A DNA stretch of 42,472 nt from a virus, in the UHGV virus genome UHGV-0206950. One strand, written 5' to 3'. A model generated the notes under the pieces. It was not told the DNA's origin. It searched no databases and saw only the letters and a program-made list of their open reading frames with translations. Positions 17,773 to 28,424 of this stretch are shown here, piece after piece (within the stretch, counting starts at the first letter, position 1; each line of letters starts with the position of its first letter). The translations under genes and the position numbers were made by a program.

Positions 17773-18645
17773 ATGTCGAGCATTCTGTCAGTAAACCCAA
17801 TGCAGACCACAAATGCGCGTGGTACTTTCTACACGAAATCCGATGGTCTCATTCAGGGTGTTGCGCTGGATGATCCAGCTGCGCGCTATGCATTGGCATC
17901 CGGTACCCTCTCCAGCGATGAAGTAAAACCTCTCTGGGGCGGTCTGGCTGTCAATGAACTGGTGCCGGGAGCATCTTCAGCACCACGAGGCAGCGTTATC
18001 AAACGAGCTACCACTCTTTCACAACTGGTGGGGTTCTCTGTATTCAACCAGGCACACAATGGCCTGACCACTCCGCAATCGCCAGTGCCTCTTTTCCTCA
18101 GCAACATGAGTGTGTCGTTCTATCGTCTGGGTTCCGGGATGCGTGTTCCGGTCAAAGCCTCTGATGCCGTGATCTCTCTGGCCAGCGCGGGGATTTCCGT
18201 TAATCAGCCGTTGGTCTGGAACTTTGCTGAGGATTGCCTCGATGTATTCAGCACAGTAGCGGCAGATGTGGCGACCACGGAAATCACATGGACTTCTCCT
18301 ACTTCCAATGCTTCAGGGTTCGCTACCGCGACGACTGCCAGCGCTCATGGACTGAAAGTGGGCGGTTATGTGGATATTACTGGTGCGGCTCCGGCTGCAT
18401 ATAACGGTATCGTTCAGGTGCTCAGTGTTCCTACGGCAACCACATTCACATTTACCCCGGTTTCAGTGCCTACAGGCAATGCAACCACTCAGGGAACGGT
18501 AGGGGCGGCAAAAGTGCAGGACGTCGCCCTTCCGGTAAAAATCATCGAAATGCAGATGGGTAACAGCAAAACCGTTTCTTACGATTCGGCGACGGGCTTT
18601 GCTACCTGGAACGACAGCGGAAACGCTGCGGTAATTCTGCTGTAA
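17773..18645 (+). CDS. putative head decoration / structural protein (290 aa)
   Basis: position between scaffold-like gene and putative major capsid gene (lambda D-like position); Thr/Ala/Ser-rich beta-type composition. Confidence 0.35.
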   Translation: MSSILSVNPMQTTNARGTFYTKSDGLIQGVALDDPAARYALASGTLSSDEVKPLWGGLAVNELVPGASSAPRGSVIKRATTLSQLVGFSVFNQAHNGLTTPQSPVPLFLSNMSVSFYRLGSGMRVPVKASDAVISLASAGISVNQPLVWNFAEDCLDVFSTVAADVATTEITWTSPTSNASGFATATTASAHGLKVGGYVDITGAAPAAYNGIVQVLSVPTATTFTFTPVSVPTGNATTQGTVGAAKVQDVALPVKIIEMQMGNSKTVSYDSATGFATWNDSGNAAVILL

Positions 18646-18662
18646 TCAGGAGAGGCTAAGAG

Positions 18663-19694
18663 ATGCCAGCTATTACACCCGCTTATCAAATTGTAAATCC
18701 GTCGTACATCATGCCGGAAATGATCCTGTCCTATCAGCAGGCATCTGGCGCATTTTCCGTTATGGCCAGTGGTAACCCGCTGGTTCGTCTGTCTGACGGT
18801 GACCAGTACGTTTACATGAAACGTCTGGATATTCGTACTCAGGTTACCTCCAGCCAGTCTGGGAATGCCAACCAGTTGCCATCCGTTGCACTGGATGCAC
18901 GAATGGTTAGTACGCCAACGTATATGTTCCGCGCCCGCGCCATTTACGATCATCATGATATGGCCGCTGCGGGGAACTGGGGGATTGCATTGCCGGAAGC
19001 TCAGCGTCTTGGTACCCGGCAGGCAATTTTCCAGCAACTGCGAAATGCGCTGCTGTACGGCATGAATCCAGCTGGCGGTGAAGGTGTTCTGAATACCAAC
19101 GGTGCGACCACTATCAGTCTTCCGGCAGACAGTGGCGGAAATACTACCGTCCTGACTTACGATCATGGCGAAATGGCTGTATTCCTGCTGGCACAGATTC
19201 AGGCAATCCGCACCCGCACTATGCAAATGGGCCGTCCGTCACGAATGGTTATTCTTGGCCCTCAGCGTACGCTGGGTACGATGGAGATGCAGCAGATTGT
19301 TCAGTTGACCAGTTACCAGCGTCCTGGCGGCGGTACTGCGACAGTTAAAGGGACCGTTGCTGGTGTTGCAGACGATGCAGACTGCGGCATTGACTGGGTT
19401 TATGACGATACACTAATCGGTGCTGGGGCAAATGGTACTGATGCAGTGATTATCGCCATGCCAGAAGTTGAACGGCCGGAGGTGAACGCGAAAATCAACA
19501 CTAACGAATTCGCGAAACTTAGCCCGTCGTTGGAAGCGACATCACTGATGCTGTGTGACATGGCCGCACCGCGAGAAATCCCGACTCCGATTGCGGGTGG
19601 GGCGATCGACGTACTTTCCGAACTGCGCTCCACTTCCGGCTGGGTGCTTCGTCCTGAGGCGCTGACCATCATTTCGATGAAATACAGCAATTAA
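18663..19694 (+). CDS. putative major capsid protein (343 aa)
   Basis: size and position (lambda E-like), strong SD GGAGAGG. Confidence 0.5.
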   Translation: MPAITPAYQIVNPSYIMPEMILSYQQASGAFSVMASGNPLVRLSDGDQYVYMKRLDIRTQVTSSQSGNANQLPSVALDARMVSTPTYMFRARAIYDHHDMAAAGNWGIALPEAQRLGTRQAIFQQLRNALLYGMNPAGGEGVLNTNGATTISLPADSGGNTTVLTYDHGEMAVFLLAQIQAIRTRTMQMGRPSRMVILGPQRTLGTMEMQQIVQLTSYQRPGGGTATVKGTVAGVADDADCGIDWVYDDTLIGAGANGTDAVIIAMPEVERPEVNAKINTNEFAKLSPSLEATSLMLCDMAAPREIPTPIAGGAIDVLSELRSTSGWVLRPEALTIISMKYSN

Positions 19695-19759
19695 TTTTCC
19701 CTCGCAGATTTCCCTGTGTACCTGGTGGTACGCGGGGATTTTTTTAACCAGGAGTACAC

Positions 19760-20245
19760 ATGAAACTGTATATCGCCAATACCACCAAGCAGCGTCACGA
19801 TTTCGCCTATCGTAAACCTGAAACAGGTCGTCTCGTGTATCACCCGATTAATGCTGGTTCACAGGCTGTCGTTATTGACGGAACACGCGCAGAGATCGAC
19901 CTCATTATTCAGCAGCACGCGGAGTACGGCCTGATTGACGCGACAAAAATTGACCAGAACCGTATTTATATCGGGCTGTGTTACAGCATTGATAAACCCG
20001 TGGCGTCAAAAGTGATCGAAAAAGCCATGCGGGATAACGATGGTCACCTGAATCGTGCAGCTCATGACCGTCGGCAGGCGTCAGTACTGGCAACAGACAG
20101 CGTGCTCAGTGAACAAGACAACGGCTATCGGGGAGAGCTGGAGGTGAGCGCAGAGCAACGCCTGAACGCTACGGATGATAAAGATGAAACCGAATTCGTT
20201 GACGAAACACTAGCGGTGAGTGCGGGATCCAAAAAGAAAAAATAA
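19760..20245 (+). CDS. hypothetical head-tail joining region protein (161 aa)
   Basis: GGAG SD, position after capsid gene, acidic/K-rich tail. Confidence 0.4.
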   Translation: MKLYIANTTKQRHDFAYRKPETGRLVYHPINAGSQAVVIDGTRAEIDLIIQQHAEYGLIDATKIDQNRIYIGLCYSIDKPVASKVIEKAMRDNDGHLNRAAHDRRQASVLATDSVLSEQDNGYRGELEVSAEQRLNATDDKDETEFVDETLAVSAGSKKKK

Positions 20246-20257
20246 GTGAGGAACGCC

Positions 20258-20683
20258 ATGCCTGATCTGGCCGGATTTATCCTGTTTATTCGCAATACGA
20301 TGGGTGTAAATATCGACGATCTACCTGATGATGCACCGTCCATTTACCTTACCTGGTCAATGTCACTGGACTGGGTGAACCGCCAGATTGCGTGTATCAG
20401 CCCAGTTCTTTATTCGCAGGCGGTCTATAACCTCGCGGCTTCCTTCCTGATTAATTTCGGTCCTGAGGATGTTTTCGGCCCTGTACGTGAAAAACTGGGC
20501 ATTAATAATTTCACTGCTGGCGTTATCAGTGCTTCCGCTGATGAGTCAACCAGCCAGACCCGGGTAGTCAGCGACGCGCTAAAAAATCTTTCTCTTGCTG
20601 ACCTCCAACAACTCAAAGATCCATACGGTCGCTGGTACCTGGCAATCGCTCAGCAATATGGTGATTTGTGGGGGCTTACATGA
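20258..20683 (+). CDS. putative head-tail connector/adaptor protein
   Basis: ATG with GAGGAA SD 4 nt upstream; position. Confidence 0.4.
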   Translation: MPDLAGFILFIRNTMGVNIDDLPDDAPSIYLTWSMSLDWVNRQIACISPVLYSQAVYNLAASFLINFGPEDVFGPVREKLGINNFTAGVISASADESTSQTRVVSDALKNLSLADLQQLKDPYGRWYLAIAQQYGDLWGLT

Positions 20684-21111
20684 AACTTCACCTGGGCGTG
20701 ATGGATATACCCTACGAAAACGAGAATACGACCACCGGAGATGTGGCCGAAATTCTTGAGGGAAAATATCACATCATGCAGACGTTCTTTGATCGGCATG
20801 GTGAGGAGATTGCTCAACTGATGAGTGATGACCTTGCTGCAGGTCTTGAGAACTTGCTGGCAGGTGCGCCGCCTCCATCCGATCCTTTTGCGGAATCAAT
20901 GTCGCAGGTTCATCACCTTTTTGTCGCTTTTCTCGATAACGCCGAAATGAACGGTACCGAAGGTGTCCCGACAGCCCGGGCGCTTGAAGGAATCAGCAAG
21001 CGTTTCAAAAACAAGAAAGGGGAGCAGCGCCCCTCTTTCATCGATACGGGAATGTTTCAGGCCTCTATGCGGGCCTGGGTAAGCGGGGTGTTGAATGCCT
21101 TCCCTCAGTGA
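20680..21111 (+). CDS. putative head-tail joining protein
   Basis: ATGA overlap with upstream gene; position. Confidence 0.4.
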   Translation: MKLHLGVMDIPYENENTTTGDVAEILEGKYHIMQTFFDRHGEEIAQLMSDDLAAGLENLLAGAPPPSDPFAESMSQVHHLFVAFLDNAEMNGTEGVPTARALEGISKRFKNKKGEQRPSFIDTGMFQASMRAWVSGVLNAFPQ

Positions 21112-22033
21112 GCTATCTCAGGCAAAAACGGAGCTTAATGCTTCGCTGGTTCAGGGGATGGATGATATCAGTCGTTCAGCCTCCGTGACGTTCACAAAAT
21201 ATGTCAGGAAAGTACTTCCTCTGGATGGATTTGTTTTCTGGGTTAAGGCTTCAATTCTGGCTGATGATCCTGATACTGAGCCAGACACAAAAAATGTAAA
21301 AGGTTATCTGCACCTGACAACCGAATCTATCCAGGATGAAGAGCAACTCTACGACAAAAATGTGGTGACCTTCACCGCGCAGGCCGATATCGATCCGTTT
21401 AATGATATTGGTTCAGAGGTACTTTACATCGGGGAGTTTTACGGCATTCAGTTTGCCTTCTCCCGCCGTTCCGGGCTGAACGAACCAGCGAACATCTATC
21501 ATTACACCGGGCATGCAATTTACCCGCATATGCTGTCGCAGATTATCAACTCTGCCGACGACATCGATCTGACTGATGTCGTGGTTTCTAACTCGCTTCC
21601 GATCTGGTTATCACTGAATCAATTCATGCCGATGTATCCGGCTATGTTGTCCCTGCAGAATCTGGCACCGCCTTATGCCACGGTGAAATGTGGCGAGCCG
21701 GTCCCCATTGCGGGAGCATTCTATCTGGACGAAAAATCCAATCAGTACCAGTTGGTTTCAGAGGATGTGACCATTTCGATAACTGGCCTGCGTAATGCGG
21801 CGGTGGAAGATTTTCTCCGGCTTGTCCAGCAGTACACGCTCCGTGATGATGCTGAAATGGGCGTGATGAATATCCCCGTGGTACAGGATGAGCGCGTAAC
21901 GCAAAACGAACTCAACATCATCGCCATGCGGAAAAAAATCAAGTTCAAAGTCAATTATTACCAGCAGCGGATGAGGAACGTCGCCCGCGGGCTGATTACG
22001 TCTGCAATCCCGTCCATTTACGTGGAGAAATAA
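21095..22033 (+). CDS. hypothetical structural protein (312 aa; neck/tail completion position)
   Basis: overlapping start with upstream gene; position before sheath. Confidence 0.4.
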   Translation: MPSLSELSQAKTELNASLVQGMDDISRSASVTFTKYVRKVLPLDGFVFWVKASILADDPDTEPDTKNVKGYLHLTTESIQDEEQLYDKNVVTFTAQADIDPFNDIGSEVLYIGEFYGIQFAFSRRSGLNEPANIYHYTGHAIYPHMLSQIINSADDIDLTDVVVSNSLPIWLSLNQFMPMYPAMLSLQNLAPPYATVKCGEPVPIAGAFYLDEKSNQYQLVSEDVTISITGLRNAAVEDFLRLVQQYTLRDDAEMGVMNIPVVQDERVTQNELNIIAMRKKIKFKVNYYQQRMRNVARGLITSAIPSIYVEK

Positions 22034-22038
22034 TCTAA

Positions 22039-23433
22039 ATGACAATCGTAAATATCAATGTGTCGGTGACCAATCCGCCAAAACCATCTCAGTTATTAAA
22101 GTCTGGTGCGATGATCTCCACTGGAGGGACCACGTTGGCGGCGGGCAGTTATCAGTTGCTGACGTCAAAGGATGATCTAAAAAATATCGTCGCGCCAGCG
22201 AAGACAATTTCTACTCTTACATGGGCTGCCAATGTTGTTACGGTGACTCTTTCAGAAAATCATGGCTGGTCCAGTGGGGACCAAATCCCGGTAGTCATTT
22301 CTGGCGCGACTCCGGAAGCGTATAACGGGGCTTACACTGCCTCCGTTACGGGGAATAAAACCTTTACCTATACGCTAAGCAGCGATCCTGGAACTGCAAC
22401 AGTAATGGGTACGGTGACAACAGTTGCGGCTGGGGAAATCCAGCAAATGAATACCACATACTGGGGGCAGGGTTCTAATCGGGCTGTTTACGTTCTCGAA
22501 CTGGGAGACATAAGTGTTACATCGGCGATTGCGGCATTGAGCGATTTTATCGATAAAGATATTTCCCTCGGCAACACGTACCAGAAATTCTTCTCCTACT
22601 TGGTCCCACGTGAATGGGATACTGAGCCAACGTTTAAGACCATGACGGGCCTGTATACCAGCCCGGCGTCACTGGTGTATTTCTTTGTCACCACCACGAT
22701 CTCGACCTACCCGGCGTGGGTCACCACCAAAAATAAATCGGTCTTTGCAGGTGTCGAATCCCCAAACATCCCTGCAGGCGAGTTTTCCATGGCCGCCTGG
22801 TTCCAGTCCTCTCTGGCAAACGACCCAGGCTCATCAAATATGGTTCCGCCAATGGCGTACCGTTTTGGATACGGCGTAACCGAGTACCCGGTAGAAGGGA
22901 ATGGCACGCTGCTTAAACAACTCCAGGACAACAGCATCAATTACGTTGGCACCGCCGCGGAAGGTGGGCTGAGCAACAAAATGCTGGTGGCTGGTCACAT
23001 GCTGGACGGTAATCCGTTCAATTACTGGTATTCCGTGGCGTGGACTGCAATCAACCTCGAGCTCGATCTGGCTAACGAAATCATCAACGGTTCAAACACC
23101 ACCGTTAACCCGCTGTACTACGAGAAGAACGGCATCGACCGCCTGCAGCGCCGCGCGCTGAAGACTCTGCGCAATGGCATCAGTTACGGACTTATTCTCG
23201 GGCGTGTGATTGGTACTGGTCTGACGCAGCAGGATTTCAACATCGAATACGAGAAAGGCACATATGCCGGGAACGCGGTTATCAACGCTGTGCCGTTCGC
23301 GGATTACACCAGCCTGAATCCGTCCGATTACGCCGATGGCAAATATAACGGCCTGAGCGCCGTAATGACACCGCGCCGCGGCTTCGAATCAATCACGTTT
23401 AACGTGAACGTAACCAACTTTGTAGGGGCGTAA
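22039..23433 (+). CDS. contractile tail sheath protein
   Basis: 464 aa, first of sheath-tube-chaperone-tape measure series. Confidence 0.55.
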   Translation: MTIVNINVSVTNPPKPSQLLKSGAMISTGGTTLAAGSYQLLTSKDDLKNIVAPAKTISTLTWAANVVTVTLSENHGWSSGDQIPVVISGATPEAYNGAYTASVTGNKTFTYTLSSDPGTATVMGTVTTVAAGEIQQMNTTYWGQGSNRAVYVLELGDISVTSAIAALSDFIDKDISLGNTYQKFFSYLVPREWDTEPTFKTMTGLYTSPASLVYFFVTTTISTYPAWVTTKNKSVFAGVESPNIPAGEFSMAAWFQSSLANDPGSSNMVPPMAYRFGYGVTEYPVEGNGTLLKQLQDNSINYVGTAAEGGLSNKMLVAGHMLDGNPFNYWYSVAWTAINLELDLANEIINGSNTTVNPLYYEKNGIDRLQRRALKTLRNGISYGLILGRVIGTGLTQQDFNIEYEKGTYAGNAVINAVPFADYTSLNPSDYADGKYNGLSAVMTPRRGFESITFNVNVTNFVGA

Positions 23434-23436
23434 AAA

Positions 23437-23874
23437 ATGGCAAACCCATTAGTACCGCAGGGATTCCTCAACCGCGTCCGTGGCGCGGTTTCCATCACTG
23501 ATGTTCCGGCTCTGAATGTCACCGCATCTTATCTTGGTAAAGACGGGATCAGCATGCGTCCGGACGGTCCCGCCACGGATATTCTGCCGACCATGACCGG
23601 CACTGTCGGCAGTCAGGTACCGTATCAGCAGGTTACCTTAACCGTACACATGCTGCGCACTCAGGGTCTTGCCGCAAGCTATCAACAGCGCTTTACGACG
23701 GACACAGCGCTTGGCGAGGTGGTCGTTACCCCGGACGCAACCACATTTGGCAACTTCACCTTGCTTAACTGCTATCTGGTCAACTTTAACGAGATGCCAT
23801 TTAACGGCATGGATGCCGGGTACGTGGTAACCATCAGCGGCTACCTCATCACCAACGACAACATGTGGATCTGA
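23437..23874 (+). CDS. tail tube protein
   Basis: 145 aa directly after sheath. Confidence 0.5.
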   Translation: MANPLVPQGFLNRVRGAVSITDVPALNVTASYLGKDGISMRPDGPATDILPTMTGTVGSQVPYQQVTLTVHMLRTQGLAASYQQRFTTDTALGEVVVTPDATTFGNFTLLNCYLVNFNEMPFNGMDAGYVVTISGYLITNDNMWI

Positions 23875-24452
23875 CTGTGAAAATCGATAAAAAACTAAAT
23901 CTGGTCTGTTCGATCAGCCGTGATGACGGTGCTCTCATTTATGTTCACACCTCACCTTTTCCCTATGAGGTGGTGGAAGAGCATTGCCTGATGCTCGGTA
24001 GCCTGTTTACCAGTTTCATTGCTCAGGTTGGTGGGCTTGGCGCGGCCCGGGTAGCGGCAATGATGCTTCGGAAGAAAATTAAAAAGGAACAGGAGGTAAC
24101 CGGGCAGGATGGCCCAAACATTGTTGATGAAATCCAGCGCCAGACAACAGTCATTTTTAATGACAACGGTCAGTGGAAATCTGTGCCGTTAGATTCTGCG
24201 ATGAAACAGGGCATTATTTCCGCTGACGAGTTTCGTGAGGTGGAAGGCGAAATCGTTTTTTTTATGGTTTTCTCTGCCATTCAGAAACCGGATCTCATCA
24301 AACCGACGGTGGGGAGCGTGATCGGTATGTTCGGTGGTCAGTTAACGTTATCGACCGCTACGGAGTGGCGAGGTTCTTTACTGACGTCGAAAACGGATAC
24401 CGATACCCCGAACCAGACTGCCCCGCAGGAAACGTCGTTTATACCCTCCTAG
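23865..24452 (+). CDS. tail assembly chaperone (zero-frame product)
   Basis: position between tube and tape measure; contains T8 run; -1 frame open to 24586. Confidence 0.55.
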   Translation: MDLTVKIDKKLNLVCSISRDDGALIYVHTSPFPYEVVEEHCLMLGSLFTSFIAQVGGLGAARVAAMMLRKKIKKEQEVTGQDGPNIVDEIQRQTTVIFNDNGQWKSVPLDSAMKQGIISADEFREVEGEIVFFMVFSAIQKPDLIKPTVGSVIGMFGGQLTLSTATEWRGSLLTSKTDTDTPNQTAPQETSFIPS

Positions 24453-24586
24453 ACTGGGCCTCTAACGAGGGGTTCAGGGACGTTGTAAGGGAAATAGCTG
24501 GCGAGGAATACGCCAGCCCATCCCAGTTCAGGCAGCGCTTTATCCTCTCCGCCTTAAAAGAAAGGGGTCATTTCAATGGCAGCTAA
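23865..24586 (+). CDS. tail assembly chaperone, -1 frameshift fusion product (about 239 aa; shift at GTTTTTTTTA 24255-24264)
   Basis: slippery T TTT TTT heptamer in zero frame (codons gtt ttt ttt atg); -1 frame has no stop from 24239 to 24586 and ends overlapping tape-measure start. Confidence 0.5.
24256..24263 (+). promoter_or_regulatory. programmed -1 ribosomal frameshift slippery run (T8)
   Basis: read directly; conserved chaperone G/GT-type arrangement. Confidence 0.5.
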
Positions 24587-26402
24587 ATCCATTATTGAAG
24601 TTGATGTAAATGACGAAAAGTTCTTGTCATTTATGGAAAAATTCAACGAATACCAGGCTGCTCTTGAAGATCTTCCCGAAGCATGGCGGGCATCTGCGCA
24701 GGGTATTGGCGACACCGCCCGCGAAACGTCAAAAGCATCCTCAGAAGCAGAGGGGATGACAAAGGCTTTTTTGGATGGCGTTGATGCTTTGAATATGATG
24801 GTGAATAACCTCGATCGCATCAACACCAGCCTTGACGATGCCAATAAGCGTCAGAGTGACCTGAATAAGAAAACTGCTGGCTCTTCCAGCATATTTGGCA
24901 AACTTAAAAAGGACTCAAAAGAGTTCGCCGGCCATATCAAAGACGCCACAGTCAGCCTGCTGTCATGGGGCGGTATTGTTGGGCTGTTTACTGGTGTTCT
25001 CGGCGCTGGTGGGTTGTTCGGACTGAACCGCCTAGCATCCACCGCGAGCGCCCAGCGATTCACCTCTATGGGGTTGAATACCTCGATTGGTGCCCTAGAT
25101 TCAACGGCCATTAACTACCAGCGTGCAGTGGCCAACCCAACAGCGACACTGGGCGCCATTCGTGACACTCAGGCCGATTTATCCCAGCGCTGGAAATTCC
25201 AGGCTATGGGGATCAATAACCCTGACCGTTCACCGGACCAGTTGCTGCCGGAGATGATTCGTGCCGCCAGGAGTATTTTCACGCAAACAGGTGGCACGTT
25301 GCAGGGGGCTAACGCCTACGGGTTGACCAGCTTCTTCAGTATTGATGACCTCAATCGCTTTAAAAATATGAGCGATGCCGAGATCGACGCTATGGAGAAA
25401 CGTGCGAAGCGTGACGCTCAGTTGCTGCAGATCACTGATGAGCAGGCCCGGCAATGGCAGGATTTCAATATTCAACTCGACTACAGCAGTCAGAGCATCA
25501 AAAACACGTTCATCCGTGGACTTGGCCCGCTTACCCCTGGACTGACAAAACTCTCTGATGCGTTGTCTGGTGCTATCGATACCGTTCTTCAATCTCCAGA
25601 ACTTGGAAAATGGATCGACGGGCTCGCTGGTGGTATTCAGCGATTTGGTGATTACCTGGCCTCTCCCGACTTTAAAAATGATGTCGAAAACTTCATGGTA
25701 AAAGTCGAGAAGCTTGGAAAAGTAATTGGGAAGGTTGTCGACTGGATTATTGGTAAAACAGACACCACAGGAATTATTGATGGTGTTAAATCAGAATCGA
25801 CAATTCTTAATGCAAATCCAGTGACAGACCCTAAGACAGGAAAAACGTATACACCTGGTAGCGAGGATGACCCGCATGTTTGGGGGTGGCTAAAAGGGGT
25901 AAAGCGATTCTTTTCTGGCGGAGACATTGCTCCTGTTGATCCTCTGCCAGCTAATGTCAACGCTAAAGGTCGCACGATTGCCGATCGGTTCAACAACCCC
26001 GGAAATCTGAGGTGGGCGGAAGGCTACGAGACTAGCAACACCAAAAGTGGGAAGTTCGCCGTATTTCCAACACTTGATGAAGGCGTTCTGGCGGCAACAA
26101 AGCAACTCCAGATATACGGCCAGCGCGGGACAAACACTGTAAGGGACATCGTCAGTAAATGGGCTCCATCAAATGAAAACAACACGGAGGAGTATATCCG
26201 GCATGTTGTTCGCTCGACCAAATTTAATGAGAACGAAAAACTCAATCTGAACGATCCCTATGTGCTGGCGAAGTTAATTTCTGCAATGGCCTCAAAAGAG
26301 GGGGCAGGAAGCCGAGTTACAGAGGACCGGGTTATTCAGATTTACAACAACACGGGGGGTAACGCGATTGTTACCGGATCACAGTTGGGGGCTATGGGAT
26401 AA
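24576..26402 (+). CDS. tail tape measure protein
   Basis: 608 aa, helical/Gly-rich composition, position after chaperone pair. Confidence 0.55.
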   Translation: MAAKSIIEVDVNDEKFLSFMEKFNEYQAALEDLPEAWRASAQGIGDTARETSKASSEAEGMTKAFLDGVDALNMMVNNLDRINTSLDDANKRQSDLNKKTAGSSSIFGKLKKDSKEFAGHIKDATVSLLSWGGIVGLFTGVLGAGGLFGLNRLASTASAQRFTSMGLNTSIGALDSTAINYQRAVANPTATLGAIRDTQADLSQRWKFQAMGINNPDRSPDQLLPEMIRAARSIFTQTGGTLQGANAYGLTSFFSIDDLNRFKNMSDAEIDAMEKRAKRDAQLLQITDEQARQWQDFNIQLDYSSQSIKNTFIRGLGPLTPGLTKLSDALSGAIDTVLQSPELGKWIDGLAGGIQRFGDYLASPDFKNDVENFMVKVEKLGKVIGKVVDWIIGKTDTTGIIDGVKSESTILNANPVTDPKTGKTYTPGSEDDPHVWGWLKGVKRFFSGGDIAPVDPLPANVNAKGRTIADRFNNPGNLRWAEGYETSNTKSGKFAVFPTLDEGVLAATKQLQIYGQRGTNTVRDIVSKWAPSNENNTEEYIRHVVRSTKFNENEKLNLNDPYVLAKLISAMASKEGAGSRVTEDRVIQIYNNTGGNAIVTGSQLGAMG

Positions 26403-27112
26403 TGGGGTTCACTCGTGAGATGTACAAGCTGGGGTTTGAAATATCCCCGGTTATCCTGTGCGATGGCATCGCGCAGGCAATCCCAGGTGGTATGCTACCG
26501 ATTGTTGCCCTGACCCAAAGTGCCAGTTTTGTTACTGGTCTTTTAGGGGGCGCAATAAATCTTACAGACCTGGATAAGTATTTCTGTCACTGGAAGCCAG
26601 TGCAGGGCGCGACGATAGTAGATTATGACATTGCCCGCTATCCTTTTGCTAACCAGGTTGTGGCCGCGAATGCCTTACTGGCACAACCGTTGCGTGTTGC
26701 TCTGGAAATGAAGGCCCCGGTTAACCAAAACACCGGGGCAATGACAAAGCTGGTAACAATAAGCGCACTCCAGTCTGTCTTACAGGCACACGCCAACTTG
26801 GGCGGAACATTCATCGTTGCTACCCCATCAGTTATCTATAACCGCTGCATTTTGCGCACTGTAAAGGATGTCACCAGCGGAAATGATGCATTACCTCAGC
26901 TGACATGGATGTGGGATTTCGAGCAGCCTCTGATCACCGAAACTGGTGCAGAGCAGGCGGTAAATAACTTTCTTGGGAAAATTGGTGGCGGAGACAAGGT
27001 TACAGAATCAGCCTGGACAAGTACTGTAAACGCCCTTGGTAACACATCTCTTGGAGGTTCTGTCTCTGAGGCTATTACTGGTCTGCTTGGTAAATTGGGA
27101 GTGGCAACATGA
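26402..27112 (+). CDS. tail/baseplate assembly protein (236 aa)
   Basis: position, overlapping stops/starts with neighbours. Confidence 0.35.
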   Translation: MGFTREMYKLGFEISPVILCDGIAQAIPGGMLPIVALTQSASFVTGLLGGAINLTDLDKYFCHWKPVQGATIVDYDIARYPFANQVVAANALLAQPLRVALEMKAPVNQNTGAMTKLVTISALQSVLQAHANLGGTFIVATPSVIYNRCILRTVKDVTSGNDALPQLTWMWDFEQPLITETGAEQAVNNFLGKIGGGDKVTESAWTSTVNALGNTSLGGSVSEAITGLLGKLGVAT

Positions 27113-27384
27113 CAACTCAATATTACCCTTTTACTGGCAACGAACGTCAGAGCATGACCTTCACGCCCGTTCTTGACGGAACGGTTTATAACTGCCAGCT
27201 GAAATGGAATATCGCAGCTCAGCGATGGTATCTGTTAATAACGGACAGTTCCGACAATACCGTTATTAATACGGCATTAGTCGGTTCTCCTGTAACTGGT
27301 GGAATTAACCTTATATCCGGTATTTTCAGTTCTACAGAAATGTACTGGAGGGAAAAAAACGGACAAATTGAGGTAACCAGTTAA
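27109..27384 (+). CDS. small tail protein (91 aa)
   Basis: ATGA coupling; position. Confidence 0.35.
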   Translation: MTTQYYPFTGNERQSMTFTPVLDGTVYNCQLKWNIAAQRWYLLITDSSDNTVINTALVGSPVTGGINLISGIFSSTEMYWREKNGQIEVTS

Positions 27385-28424
27385 TGCGTTATTACGATAT
27401 CCAGATTTTCTCTCCAGCTGAAGGTGATAAACCAGAAAAATTAATCCAGCAGTATTCAAGCCATAAGAACGGTGTTTATAACCCTGGCGCGCTAATGATT
27501 GAATTCGATATTCTCAGGTTTGGTGAGTCGACCCCTCAGGGAGAAACGCATTTAGCAATCTATGGCATTGGCCCAAAAGAAATGCAGCAGGCTCGACAGG
27601 ACCTGTTTGGTAAGAGAATAAAAATATTCCTCGGCATGAAATCGGGTTTACCACTGGCTGGTAAGATTACGGCACCAGGACTGGTGCTGGACGGCACAAT
27701 TAACCAGGTGTTTGGTAACTGGCAAGGTACTGAGTTAAGGCTGGATTTCATAATTGTTGCGGGGCCGGTTACCAGCACACCAAGAGGAAAGTTAGCCCCA
27801 CTACCACTTACGTTTAACTGGAATGTTGGTCAGAAGCTATCTGTAGCATTAACTCAGTGCTTTCAGAGAATTGGCGGTTATACATTTAATATCAATATTA
27901 GCGATCTGCTTGTCCTTTCCTATTACAGGGATCTGTTTTGTGATTCAATTGAAGAGTTGGCAAAAGATCTCAAAGCTTTTTCTTTATCTAAAATAAAAAA
28001 TAAAGGCTATACCGGAGTAGAAATAGCGATAGTCAACGGTAATGAAATAAGGGTATGGGACAATGACTACCCAAACCATCCAGACAAGACATCCAGAGGC
28101 AGCGCAACCGAACGAAGTAAAAAACCAGTTCAAATTCACTTTAATGATCTTATCGGTCAGCCTACCTGGGTAAAGTTCGACGTTATGAGTGTTGCTTGCG
28201 TCATGCGTGGCGATATCCAGGTGGGAGATCATATTCTTATGCCGCAGCAGGCAACCCCGATGATTAAGGCTGCGTCGTATTCTCAGTACCGAAATGACTC
28301 TGCATTCTCTGGGCAATTTGAGGTTTCCTCTGTTCGTTTGCTCGGTAACAGCAGACAACCGTCAGCAGAGTCGTGGATAACAATCATTGAAGCGTATCCG
28401 TTCATTGAGGTAGGTAAAAAATGA
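27384..28424 (+). CDS. baseplate hub-like protein (346 aa)
   Basis: position before spike-like gene; lower GC in C-terminal half. Confidence 0.35.
   Translation: MRYYDIQIFSPAEGDKPEKLIQQYSSHKNGVYNPGALMIEFDILRFGESTPQGETHLAIYGIGPKEMQQARQDLFGKRIKIFLGMKSGLPLAGKITAPGLVLDGTINQVFGNWQGTELRLDFIIVAGPVTSTPRGKLAPLPLTFNWNVGQKLSVALTQCFQRIGGYTFNINISDLLVLSYYRDLFCDSIEELAKDLKAFSLSKIKNKGYTGVEIAIVNGNEIRVWDNDYPNHPDKTSRGSATERSKKPVQIHFNDLIGQPTWVKFDVMSVACVMRGDIQVGDHILMPQQATPMIKAASYSQYRNDSAFSGQFEVSSVRLLGNSRQPSAESWITIIEAYPFIEVGKK

Noticed and set aside
10769-19226. Long minus-strand ORFs opposite structural genes, such as 10769-11308, 12845-13468, 15461-16015 and 18579-19226
   Set aside because: They are shadow ORFs antisense to well-supported + strand genes in GC-rich DNA and have no SD or start context.
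24365-24586. Stand-alone 73-aa ORF between the chaperone and the tape measure
   Set aside because: It has no independent SD or ATG, and its frame is open upstream to the T8 slippery run, so it is better explained as the -1 frameshift extension.
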